From an uncultured archaeon (lineage in GTDB: Archaea > Asgardarchaeota > Heimdallarchaeia > Heimdallarchaeales > Heimdallarchaeaceae), in NCBI GenBank assembly GCA_964549075.1, contig CAZJUB010000049.1, positions 1-19,178 of the forward strand: a DNA stretch of 19,178 nt, read 5' to 3'. This document shows positions 1 to 8,264 of the stretch, piece after piece. Made by a program: the position numbers and the translations under genes. Numbering within the stretch: the first letter of the stretch is position 1; every line of letters begins with the position of its first letter. The notes under the pieces were generated by a model that saw only the letters and a list, made by a program, of their open reading frames with translations, did no database searches and was not told where the DNA came from.

Positions 1-383
1 GCTTGTATCTTTTTCTCACTAGATACAATAATATCAGCATTACAATGAGGACAGATAATCACTAAAAACTCTCCATCAGTTCTTCTCTCCCCACCTTCTA
101 GTTTTTCGCTACAGACATCACAGAAATCAGGTTCTGGAAAACTTGGGAGCTCAGCAATGAGCTCAGTTTCTTTCTTCCATTCCTTCCTATTAATAACAAT
201 ATACATCGAAGCAAAGACAACAAATAGCCCAGAGATTACAGCTGCCACATAAATCATCCAACGATATTCAGGTTCTCCGACAAAACCGACAACAAATCCT
301 GTAACAATCAAGATCAGAAAAGCTGAAGATAACAAGAGGAAGTCTTTTACCTCCATATCATCGAAGAATTGAATGATTGACAT
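1..383 (-). CDS. Small membrane protein (2 TM) with C-terminal zinc ribbon; 3' end truncated by the window edge
   Basis: Hand translation from ATG at 383: MSIIQFFDDMEVKDFLLLSSAFLILIVTGFVVGFVGEPEYRWMIYVAAVISGLFVVFASMYIVINRKEWKK...FCDVCSEKL...IICPHCNADIIV. The frame is open to position 1 and has two hydrophobic segments and two CxxC pairs. It is absent from the ORF track because its stop lies outside the window. Confidence 0.85.
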   Translation of the reverse strand, partial: MSIIQFFDDMEVKDFLLLSSAFLILIVTGFVVGFVGEPEYRWMIYVAAVISGLFVVFASMYIVINRKEWKKETELIAELPSFPEPDFCDVCSEKLEGGERRTDGEFLVIICPHCNADIIVSSEKKIQ

Positions 384-445
384 ACATAATAATTTTAGGT
401 TACTAATATTTAATCATTACCTTTCAAAAATATAGAATTTTGCAC

Positions 446-460
446 TAAAAACTTATTAAA
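446..460 (+). promoter_or_regulatory. Archaeal BRE/TATA promoter of the LLM gene (divergent intergenic region)
   Basis: An A-run followed by TTATTAAA (453-460) ends 20 nt before ATG 481, the spacing expected for a leaderless archaeal transcript. Confidence 0.55.
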
Positions 461-480
461 TTCCTAGTTGATTTTCAAAC

Positions 481-1428
481 ATGTTAACTTACGGAGTTCA
501 AATAGAGCCACAGATGGGATATAATTGGGAGGATATAACAGAAATTGTTCAAACTGCTGAACAGCTGGATTTTACACACACTTGGTTCTCTGATCATCTT
601 CTTTTAAGAGAAGATTCAATTGACACAAATTGCTTTGAATGTATCTCTGCAATGATGGGAGCTGTTGCTAGAACAGAAAAATTACGGATAGGACCTTTAG
701 TTCTTTGTAATCTCTATCGTTATCCTGCAGTTCTTGCCAAACAGATTGCAACACTCGATCATTTTAGTAAAGGTAGAATTGAATTTGGTTTTGGTACAGG
801 TTGGAAAGAAATAGAATTTAATCAATATGGGATAGAATTTCCATCTGGTGGGATTCGTCTGGCGATGTTTGAAGAAGCTTTACAAATAATAAAAAGCCTT
901 TGGACAGAAGAAAGAACTAACTTTGACGGGAAATATTACAAAATTAAAAATGCTGTCTCAGCTCCAAAACCATATCAAAAACCTCATCCTACAATTTGGA
1001 TAGGTGTTGGAAGTGGAAAAGATAAAATACTCAATCTTACAGCTAAATATGGGAAAGGAGTTAATTTTGCATGGGCGATACCAGTTGAAGAATTGTTTCA
1101 GAAATTCTTAAAACTTGATGAATTGATGATAAAATATGGAAGAGATCCCAGAGATATGAAGAAATCTTATGGAGCTTGGGCACAAATTTATAGAGATGAA
1201 GATGAAAAGAAAAAACATCTCAAAGAAACAGCTGAGCATCAAAAAATCAAAGTTGAAGAATTAGAACAAAGATTATCTCGGATTATTCATGGTACCCCAG
1301 ATGAAATTGTTTCGAAGATTAAGGAATACAAGAAAATTGGTGTCGACCATATGATCTGGTTCTTTCCAGTAAAAGAAGAAGTAGAGCAAATGCAATTATT
1401 CAAAAAAGAAATAATGTCTAAGATATAA
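481..1428 (+). CDS. LLM-class (luciferase-like) flavin/F420-dependent oxidoreductase
   Basis: Motifs AEQLDFTHTWFSDH, LRIGPLVLCNLYRYPAVLAKQIATLDHFSKGRIEFGFGTGW, GKYY, PKPYQKPHPTIWIG and HGTPDEI are typical of Mer/SsuD-like LLM enzymes. Confidence 0.93.
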   Translation: MLTYGVQIEPQMGYNWEDITEIVQTAEQLDFTHTWFSDHLLLREDSIDTNCFECISAMMGAVARTEKLRIGPLVLCNLYRYPAVLAKQIATLDHFSKGRIEFGFGTGWKEIEFNQYGIEFPSGGIRLAMFEEALQIIKSLWTEERTNFDGKYYKIKNAVSAPKPYQKPHPTIWIGVGSGKDKILNLTAKYGKGVNFAWAIPVEELFQKFLKLDELMIKYGRDPRDMKKSYGAWAQIYRDEDEKKKHLKETAEHQKIKVEELEQRLSRIIHGTPDEIVSKIKEYKKIGVDHMIWFFPVKEEVEQMQLFKKEIMSKI

Positions 1429-1442
1429 CTATCTTTGACTTA

Positions 1443-2021
1443 TTACTCCCAATACTCTGACAGTGCATTATAATCAGCAATCCATTCTGGATCAACTTGC
1501 TCTATTTCATGAAGTTTGAGTGGTTCTGCTTTTTTCTTTTTAAACTTAGTATTATAACCGGATGTATAGTGACTCCTTATAATATATCGAGCGCCATTAG
1601 GTGTAACATAAGGTAAATCCACTATATCGTAAAATCTATTTGATTTCAGTTCCTCATATTCTTTCGCTATTTCCATCTCATCATCAATAATGAATTTGAA
1701 AATTACTTTCAATATCCTCTGTTTTAGTTGTAATGTCATTGCAATAAAATTTTCCTCAGAGTAACCTCGATTTTTCAAAACGAAATCATACATAAGGAGT
1801 TTATTATCTACATGAAGATCATTTTCATACATCATATTGGATAGTTTTGGAGCTATTGTGTCTGCACCTTTCTCAGTACGTATCGTAAACTTAACTGGTG
1901 TAGTATAAGTATCCGAAAATGTCAGCATTCTAAAAGAAATATAAGATCCATAAAGACCGAGTGGTCCTGTTATAAATGGTAAAATAGTAAATGCAAATAC
2001 TCCAGCATTATACCAGTTCAG
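1443..2021 (-). CDS. Hypothetical protein, probably with an N-terminal TM helix (start extended from ATG 1928 to CTG 2021)
   Basis: The frame stays open upstream of 1928 for 31 codons (LNWYNAGVFAFTILPFITGPLGLYGSYISFR) up to TAA at 2022-2024. A TATA-like TTAACTAT lies about 21 nt upstream on the minus strand. No recognisable family. Confidence 0.65.
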   Translation of the reverse strand: MNWYNAGVFAFTILPFITGPLGLYGSYISFRMLTFSDTYTTPVKFTIRTEKGADTIAPKLSNMMYENDLHVDNKLLMYDFVLKNRGYSEENFIAMTLQLKQRILKVIFKFIIDDEMEIAKEYEELKSNRFYDIVDLPYVTPNGARYIIRSHYTSGYNTKFKKKKAEPLKLHEIEQVDPEWIADYNALSEYWE

Positions 2022-2120
2022 TTACGATAAAACACTTTCATTATAGTTAACTATTTCTACTGGTTTCTTTAACCATTCAGTTAAAACGAGGAATTGAATC
2101 TCTTCATTTTTGAAGTCCAA

Positions 2121-2210
2121 TTGGGAATAGCAATTTATCTTCATGTTTCCAATGCAAAAAGAATAGAACAGATGAAATTGATGGCAGAAGAAATTATTCC
2201 AATGATCTAG
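2121..2210 (+). pseudogene. Frameshifted remnant of the 3' end of a second LLM oxidoreductase gene
   Basis: With two frameshifts it reads LGIxQFIFMFPMQKEIEQMKLMAEEIIPMI*. This aligns without gaps to the C-terminus of 481..1428 (IGVDHMIWFFPVKEEVEQMQLFKKEIMSKI*), with 12/30 identities by hand count and the stop in the same position. Confidence 0.65.
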
Positions 2211-2249
2211 GTTCTCAGTATTTTTATAAGTGCTCAAACTTAAATAAGA

Positions 2250-3227
2250 GTGTCTCATTCAAAAGAGCTGATAAATTTGAAAGAAAAGAAAATTATCATC
2301 TCATTTCTTTTGTTACTTTTTGTATCCTTTACCTTTAAGCTCAGTGAAATTGAGATCAGATCTGACACTGATAGAATCCAAACTCCGATACTTACTAGTG
2401 ATCCGATTGAAATAGGTTCAGATTCAGATTTTGATACTAATGGAATTCTAGGAGAAGGAACAGAAGAGTCTCCATATATTATTGAGAATCTCAAAATTAA
2501 AACATCTGGATATTTTTCAAGAGCTATTTATATTCATGATACTACTTCTCATTTCGTAATAAGAAATTGCATTATTGAACATGGATATTTCGGAATTTGG
2601 GTTAGCGATGTTACAGATTATACACCTCAGATTTTCAATAACACATGTGTTGGAACCACAAATGAAGGTATTGGAATAGTGGTTGCAGATTTCAATGGTG
2701 GAGTCATAACTGAAAATACATGTATGAATTCTGGACAAGGTATTAGGACAATATATGCAAATTTCATTTCAATTAGTGAAAATAAAATAAGTAATTGTGT
2801 TTTTCAGGGGATCAATATTCATCATAGCCACTTCAATAATATAACTTACAATGTGATTAAGAATTGTACAGATTTTAGTGTTGCATTGGTAGGAAGTATA
2901 ACATTCAATAATTCAGTCCATCACAATAATTTTATCAATAATGCTAAGAAAGAGACATATAATATTGACGGAGAACTATCAGGACTTATGACAAGTCAAG
3001 CATATGATGATGGTTTTTTGAATACTTGGTACGAAGAAAAGACTAAGACTGGGAATCAGTGGTCTGATTATTCAGGTGAAGGACCATATACTATTGATGG
3101 AAGTGCTCTTTCTGTAGACAAATATCCTAATAAAGTAGAAACTGAAAGAAGTTCTCTCAATTTGGGAATTGAAGTTACTTCATTAATTTCACTGTTATCA
3201 TTAAGTGCACTACTTAGAAGGAGATAG
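2250..3227 (+). CDS. Cell-surface right-handed parallel beta-helix (NosD/pectin-lyase-like) protein with C-terminal membrane anchor
   Basis: N-terminal KKIIISFLLLLFVSF signal/anchor, GEGTEESPYIIENLKI motif, repeated GI..I.NN beta-helix coils, GNQWSDY...DKYP cap, and a C-terminal hydrophobic stretch followed by RRR. TTTATAAG at 2223-2230 supports the GTG 2250 start. Confidence 0.88.
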   Translation: MSHSKELINLKEKKIIISFLLLLFVSFTFKLSEIEIRSDTDRIQTPILTSDPIEIGSDSDFDTNGILGEGTEESPYIIENLKIKTSGYFSRAIYIHDTTSHFVIRNCIIEHGYFGIWVSDVTDYTPQIFNNTCVGTTNEGIGIVVADFNGGVITENTCMNSGQGIRTIYANFISISENKISNCVFQGINIHHSHFNNITYNVIKNCTDFSVALVGSITFNNSVHHNNFINNAKKETYNIDGELSGLMTSQAYDDGFLNTWYEEKTKTGNQWSDYSGEGPYTIDGSALSVDKYPNKVETERSSLNLGIEVTSLISLLSLSALLRRR

Positions 3228-3271
3228 ATGAATAGTAAATACTAAGAATTATCATGTCTTAGATTTATCTC

Positions 3272-4462
3272 TTACCAAGCTTCTGGTGTAGTCAATCCAG
3301 AACCTGTCCCAAAGACAACAATCTTTTCATCTTTTTCAATTGAATCATTTTCAAGCAACATTTCTAATGCAGCTAATGTCGCAGCTCCTTCTGCAGAAAG
3401 CATTATACCATCTTCCTTAGCCAATTGGGACATGGCTATCTTGATAGTTAAATCATCTACATCGATAGCTGTTCCTTTAGATTTTCTCAATGTTTCTAGT
3501 ATGAGATAATCTGCAATTGCAGCAGGTACTCTCAACCCTGCAGCTATTGTCTCAGCATTTTCCCAAAATTCAGCATGATCTTTTCCTTCTTCAAATGCTT
3601 TGACGATAGGAGCACAAGTACTAGATTGGACGGTAATCATTTTAGGCCTTTTCTCATCTATTAATCCTAGTTCTTCTAGTTCATTAAATGCTTTCCACAT
3701 ACCAACGATTCCAGTACCTCCTCCTGTTGGGTAGATTATCGCATCTGGTAAAGACCAGTCAAATTGTTCAGCAAGTTCCAAACCCATAGTTTTCTTTCCT
3801 TCAGCACGGTAAGGTTCTTTCAATGTCGAGACATCAAACCAATCATTTTCCAAACCTTTTTCTCTTGCTATTTTCCCAGCATCTGAAATCAAACCTTTGA
3901 CCAAAGTCACATCTGCACCGAGAGATTTAGCTTCAGTAATAATAAAAGGAGGAGCATCTTCTGGCATGAAGATATGAGCATTAGTATTGGTTTTTGCAGC
4001 ATAAGCTGATAAAGCAGCACCAGCATTACCAGCTGTTGGAATAACAAAATCCTTTATCCCCAATTCAACTGCTCTAGACACAGCAGCACATAAACCTCTA
4101 CTCTTGAAAGAACCAGTAGGATTAAAACTTTCATCCTTGAGATACAAATTATTTAATTTAAGTCGACTGCCAATATTTTCTAGCTTTACAAGAGGTGTCC
4201 ATCCTTCTCCTAGACTAAACCTGAACTTATCTTTAAAAACTGGCATAATTTCTGCCATTCTCCAGATATTAAATCTATTCCTAGATTTGAGAGACTGTTT
4301 ATCTAATGTTTCTTTAGCTTTCTCTAAATCATATTCTACGAACAGCACTTTTCCACAAGAACAAGTTCTGTGTTTAGCATGGACATTATGAATATCACCA
4401 CAATTAGTACAACGTAACTGAATAGCTGTAGAAGATGTGTTCTCGTAATCAAATAATGTCAT
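3272..4462 (-). CDS. thrC: Threonine synthase (PLP-dependent, fold type II) with N-terminal zinc ribbon
   Basis: CTNCG...CSCG, SLGEGWTPL, LKDESFNPTGSFKSRG (PLP lysine), TAGNAG, EPYRAEGKKTMGLE, YPTGGGTG, TGSGL. ATG 4462 is preferred as start because minus-strand TTTATATT lies 24 nt upstream. Confidence 0.88.
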   Translation of the reverse strand: MTLFDYENTSSTAIQLRCTNCGDIHNVHAKHRTCSCGKVLFVEYDLEKAKETLDKQSLKSRNRFNIWRMAEIMPVFKDKFRFSLGEGWTPLVKLENIGSRLKLNNLYLKDESFNPTGSFKSRGLCAAVSRAVELGIKDFVIPTAGNAGAALSAYAAKTNTNAHIFMPEDAPPFIITEAKSLGADVTLVKGLISDAGKIAREKGLENDWFDVSTLKEPYRAEGKKTMGLELAEQFDWSLPDAIIYPTGGGTGIVGMWKAFNELEELGLIDEKRPKMITVQSSTCAPIVKAFEEGKDHAEFWENAETIAAGLRVPAAIADYLILETLRKSKGTAIDVDDLTIKIAMSQLAKEDGIMLSAEGAATLAALEMLLENDSIEKDEKIVVFGTGSGLTTPEAW

Positions 4463-4511
4463 AAGCAATTAGAAGTTGATAGGCCAAATATAAACGTTTT
4501 CTGAAAAAAGA

Positions 4512-6545
4512 TTAATGAGGAGGTACGATTGTTTTTTCTGGTTTTTCAAAAATTATATCTATCATTAAGTCTGCTTCTTTTTGAATAATTGCTTTAGTCA
4601 AACTATCATTAATACTTCTTAAAGAATCTTCGAATTTTTGATTAAATCTTTGAACAAAATTATAGAGTTTTGTTCTTGCATTAAAACTATCTCTATCACA
4701 AGCCAAAATGCCGCAATATTTACCAAAACTCTCAACGATAAGTCTTTTTCCTTCGAAATCTATCCCACGAAGACCGCTTCCAAATACTTCAGAGGACATA
4801 GTTCGAATCGCAGAAACTAAACCAGATATCAAAACGTCGTTTATAGTAAAAATTCTATTAAAATAATATGAATAGACATAGTTTCCATCTAGTGTGAAAA
4901 TATTTAGAAAATATAATTGAGGTAATCTTTTTGTTTTCTTGATATAAGAATTCTTAGCGAGATCATTTATGACATCTGTGATTTCATTTATAATATCCAT
5001 TGGCTTCTTTATATCGTTAGTTTGAATATGCTCAACCGATTTTTCACATTTGTGTATAAGTTGATAATTTTTATGTTCTCCAGCTAACTCTTGAGCACGC
5101 AGGAAAAGATACTCTGCATCCACTAGTTCATTTAATGCTACTAATAGTTGTCCGCTAATATATAATACTTCAGCTAATATTGGTAAATCTTGTTCTTGAC
5201 AGATTGAGATTACATTAGCTAAATATCTCTCAGATTTTGATAAATCATCCTCTGATTGTGAGATTTTATATCTATGCAAATACGCTTCAGCTAGATAAAG
5301 CTGAGAGAGAACAACATACTGAAATTCGCTGAGAATCGCTAATTCATAGCATTTTTCAAAAAATGAAATTGCTGAAGAAAGATCATAAGTGTCTAGATAA
5401 ACTCTTCCTTGGTAATAAAAATAGGAAGTCAGCCATCGTTGATTTTTTGATTGCTCACTTAATGCTCCACCTTTTTGAATAAATTTTATCCCGTCATTGA
5501 AATTATTCTTTCCAGGGATTTTAGTTAATGCAAATCCATAAAGTAAGTTGATTATTGGTGATTTTTGGTCAGTATTCTGAAGAGCTTTATCTAAGTTTTC
5601 AATTGCTTCCTCATATCGTTCAAGTTTTATAAGAACTTCCGATAAAGTAATGTAAATCGATGGTTTAGATTTCGAGATGTCGGGATCTTGTAAAGCTTCA
5701 GTGCACAGGAAAAGAGCTTTCTCTAGATTACCTCGTGTGTGCTCAAGATCCGCCATGTTAGAAATTAATGAAGCAATTAACTCTTTATTTCCTATATTTT
5801 CTGCAATAACAATTGCTTTACTATAATATTCTGAAGCTTCTTCTAAATATCCTTTGAATCTGTATATTCCACCTAACATTGTATAACAATCTAATCTTTT
5901 TGTGTCCATGTTCAGAGCTTCTGCTAATTCTTTGTAAATTTCTAACCAGCCTGTGTAAGATGCATCACCTGTTCTGAATTCTCTATAAGCTAGATCACTT
6001 ACAACTTGGAGAGTTAGAAGAGGATACTCCTTAATCAATATAGTATTTAGAAGCATTGATTTGAATTCCTTTGAGTAGCTTTGAACTGATTGAACATCAG
6101 AATTCATTGAAGCAATTTCAATTGACATTATCACAGAAAAATCTTTATGAAGCTGTGGTGATTGTTTTTTTAGATCTACCATTAGAGAAATTGTATTTGC
6201 TAAAAGCGTTGAGATAGCCTCTTTCTGCCCTAGATATTTAGCAGATTTGAAACGGAAAAACATAGCTTCAAGATTATCTTCAGGAACTGGAAAGGTTAAT
6301 ACTTTGTCATACTGAGAGAGAAGAAAATATCCTGTTAAAGAAATTAAAGTATAATTCATTCTAGCGTACTCATTTATACCGTTAGAATTTGCTAAATCAT
6401 CTGAAGCATAAACTATGGACTGGAAAAAACTATTACTCATTTCTTGATATTTTGAGAAGACTGGATAAAAATTTGCGAAATCCTCATGAATAAATTTCTG
6501 ATAAAGGGAGAATTCATTAGGAAGATCAAATTCATCAGACCTCAA
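4512..6545 (-). CDS. TPR-repeat protein with C-terminal longin-like domain
   Basis: Several TPR-type helices (LGGIYRFKGYLEEASEYYSKA, MADLEHTRGNLEKA, QGRVYLDTYDLSSAISFFEKC). The C-terminal LYFLNIFTLDGNYVYSY...LISGLVSAIRTMSSEVFG...FVQRFNQKF has the longin/roadblock-like beta-beta-alpha-beta-beta-beta-alpha pattern common in Asgard archaea. Confidence 0.8.
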   Translation of the reverse strand: MRSDEFDLPNEFSLYQKFIHEDFANFYPVFSKYQEMSNSFFQSIVYASDDLANSNGINEYARMNYTLISLTGYFLLSQYDKVLTFPVPEDNLEAMFFRFKSAKYLGQKEAISTLLANTISLMVDLKKQSPQLHKDFSVIMSIEIASMNSDVQSVQSYSKEFKSMLLNTILIKEYPLLTLQVVSDLAYREFRTGDASYTGWLEIYKELAEALNMDTKRLDCYTMLGGIYRFKGYLEEASEYYSKAIVIAENIGNKELIASLISNMADLEHTRGNLEKALFLCTEALQDPDISKSKPSIYITLSEVLIKLERYEEAIENLDKALQNTDQKSPIINLLYGFALTKIPGKNNFNDGIKFIQKGGALSEQSKNQRWLTSYFYYQGRVYLDTYDLSSAISFFEKCYELAILSEFQYVVLSQLYLAEAYLHRYKISQSEDDLSKSERYLANVISICQEQDLPILAEVLYISGQLLVALNELVDAEYLFLRAQELAGEHKNYQLIHKCEKSVEHIQTNDIKKPMDIINEITDVINDLAKNSYIKKTKRLPQLYFLNIFTLDGNYVYSYYFNRIFTINDVLISGLVSAIRTMSSEVFGSGLRGIDFEGKRLIVESFGKYCGILACDRDSFNARTKLYNFVQRFNQKFEDSLRSINDSLTKAIIQKEADLMIDIIFEKPEKTIVPPH

Positions 6546-6702
6546 AACACATCACAGATTCATAAACGTGAAAATGTTTCTTAAATATTTTTACAGTTAC
6601 AGTTCGAACAAAATATTGCTTATTCAAATCTTTCTTTTATGATTCTTGATTAGGATTAAGGAAAATATTATTAACATCAAAGCTAAATTTTTATTGAGAT
6701 AA

Positions 6703-8178
6703 ATGAGTAATGAAGCAAAAGAAAATCCTGTTTTTGCAACTAAATTTATATCCAAATTTACTCACTATATGGATGCTGATGCCGATCTTGTAGAAAATAT
6801 TGAGATGGAGACTGTTAAAGACATCTCATATGTTCTTTTGCCAATTGTAGATCAAGTACCAGAAAAAGGGAGAGGAATAGTTAGAATCTTAATAACTAAT
6901 AATTCTGGACAGCCAATTAGTTTAGCACTTCATTACTCGCTAATAGGTTGGTATAGTGATCTCTCAAAAACAAACAAATCTACCAAAATAGAAACTATAA
7001 CCATTTTACCAAAAGAAGTATGGTTCAGGGACATATCATTTATCAGCAATATTAAACAAGGTAAAAATTATTTTAAAATTATTTTTAAACAAAAACGAAA
7101 GGAATACGCTACCACTAATATAGAATACTCACAGATAAGAGAAATAGAAGACGAGAAACAAATAGAGAGAAGTAATTTCTTAGGAATGCAATCAAAGCCT
7201 TTTATAAATCCACATTCAATCAACTATTGGATTTACTACTCACTTTTTGGTCCATATAGGTATAGAAAAGAAAGAACAATTCTCCAAATAATAAAATTCT
7301 TTGGAGTAGTAGCAGGAGGGATTTTAGTTGGTTTATACTTTCCATATAGTACTGTTCCAGAACGACCTTTATATCCCGTACCAATAGGCATAGGTATCAT
7401 CCTGATTTCCTTATTAAGCTTTTTATCAAATTTTGATGCGTCAAAAGTGAAATTAATTAAAAAACTTAAACTAACAGATCAAGAGAGAAAAGGTGCACTG
7501 GAATACACATCAAACACAATCGCTCACATTTTGAAAAAATTCACAATCAATGATATCAATTTCTCGTATGATGCAGATAAAAATACTGTTAACTGGAAAG
7601 AAGGAGCAAATAAACTCTTTCAAAGAATAATTCCTGATATCGGAAACATGTTAGGAATTACTACAGATATTGGAGATGTTACTCAACAAGTTAGACCAGA
7701 TGTAGAAGTTATCAAGGACAGAGAAGAACTCAAGAAAAAAATATCTGAAGGAATTGAATTACAACATGAAGAAGGCATCAGATTAACAGGTGTTGTGGGG
7801 GCTGTAGGTGAAGGTTCTGAAGGAGTAACAATAGAAACTGATGACATCAGAACAGAATCATCTATTCAAGAAGACATTGAATCTATCAAAACCACACCAG
7901 AAATGAAGCAGGACATCAAACCAATTCAAACTACACCAGAATTAAAGCAAGATATCGAACCGATAAAGACCAAAACTGATATTGAACAAAAAATAGAACC
8001 TCTAGTTTCTGATACAAGTATAAAAACAAAAACCCAATCAGTTGTTGATGATGCAAGAGGATACATTGGAGAATTAACAGATGTAGAAACAATTCCGATA
8101 CCAAAAGATATACCAGGTCATGAATTCAAGACTAAGAGTAAAAAATCGGTAAAAGAACTTAAGAAAGACGAAGATTAA
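6703..8178 (+). CDS. Hypothetical membrane protein: beta-rich N-terminal domain, 2 TM, acidic low-complexity tail with 13-aa repeats
   Basis: 491-aa ORF with hydrophobic segments IIKFFGVVAGGILVGLYFPY and PVPIGIGIILISLLSFLSNF, and TATA-like TTATTAAC at 6668-6675. No family recognised. Confidence 0.8.
   Translation: MSNEAKENPVFATKFISKFTHYMDADADLVENIEMETVKDISYVLLPIVDQVPEKGRGIVRILITNNSGQPISLALHYSLIGWYSDLSKTNKSTKIETITILPKEVWFRDISFISNIKQGKNYFKIIFKQKRKEYATTNIEYSQIREIEDEKQIERSNFLGMQSKPFINPHSINYWIYYSLFGPYRYRKERTILQIIKFFGVVAGGILVGLYFPYSTVPERPLYPVPIGIGIILISLLSFLSNFDASKVKLIKKLKLTDQERKGALEYTSNTIAHILKKFTINDINFSYDADKNTVNWKEGANKLFQRIIPDIGNMLGITTDIGDVTQQVRPDVEVIKDREELKKKISEGIELQHEEGIRLTGVVGAVGEGSEGVTIETDDIRTESSIQEDIESIKTTPEMKQDIKPIQTTPELKQDIEPIKTKTDIEQKIEPLVSDTSIKTKTQSVVDDARGYIGELTDVETIPIPKDIPGHEFKTKSKKSVKELKKDED
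7873..8004 (+). repeat. Degenerate in-frame 39-bp (13-aa) tandem repeat, about 3.4 copies
   Basis: DIESIKTTPEMKQ (7873), DIKPIQTTPELKQ (7912), DIEPIKTKTDIEQ (7951), KIEPL (7990). Confidence 0.8.
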
Positions 8179-8264
8179 TATCTCACAGCTATTTGTAAGA
8201 TTAATAATCACAACTTTAAAAACAACTTTATAAGTACTTTAATAGGAGTTCATCTCGGAAAAAC

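Noticed and set aside
2022-2024. Stop-codon recoding (Sec/Pyl) joining the two in-frame ORFs
   Set aside because: The codon is TAA, not TGA or TAG, and other genes in the window use all three stop codons normally.
2022-2258. 78-aa minus-strand ORF
   Set aside because: Atypical composition. It lies antisense to the LLM relic and across the promoter and start of the beta-helix gene. Kept only as an alternative explanation in the CTG-start finding.
2255-2738. Minus-strand ORFs 2255..2494 and 2517..2738
   Set aside because: Antisense shadows inside the beta-helix gene with no motifs.
4104-4820. Plus-strand ORFs 4104..4391 and 4638..4820
   Set aside because: Antisense shadows of thrC and the TPR-longin gene.
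7873-8004. 39-bp repeats as a CRISPR array
   Set aside because: The copies are contiguous with no spacers, degenerate at codon third positions and in frame within a CDS, and no cas genes are present.
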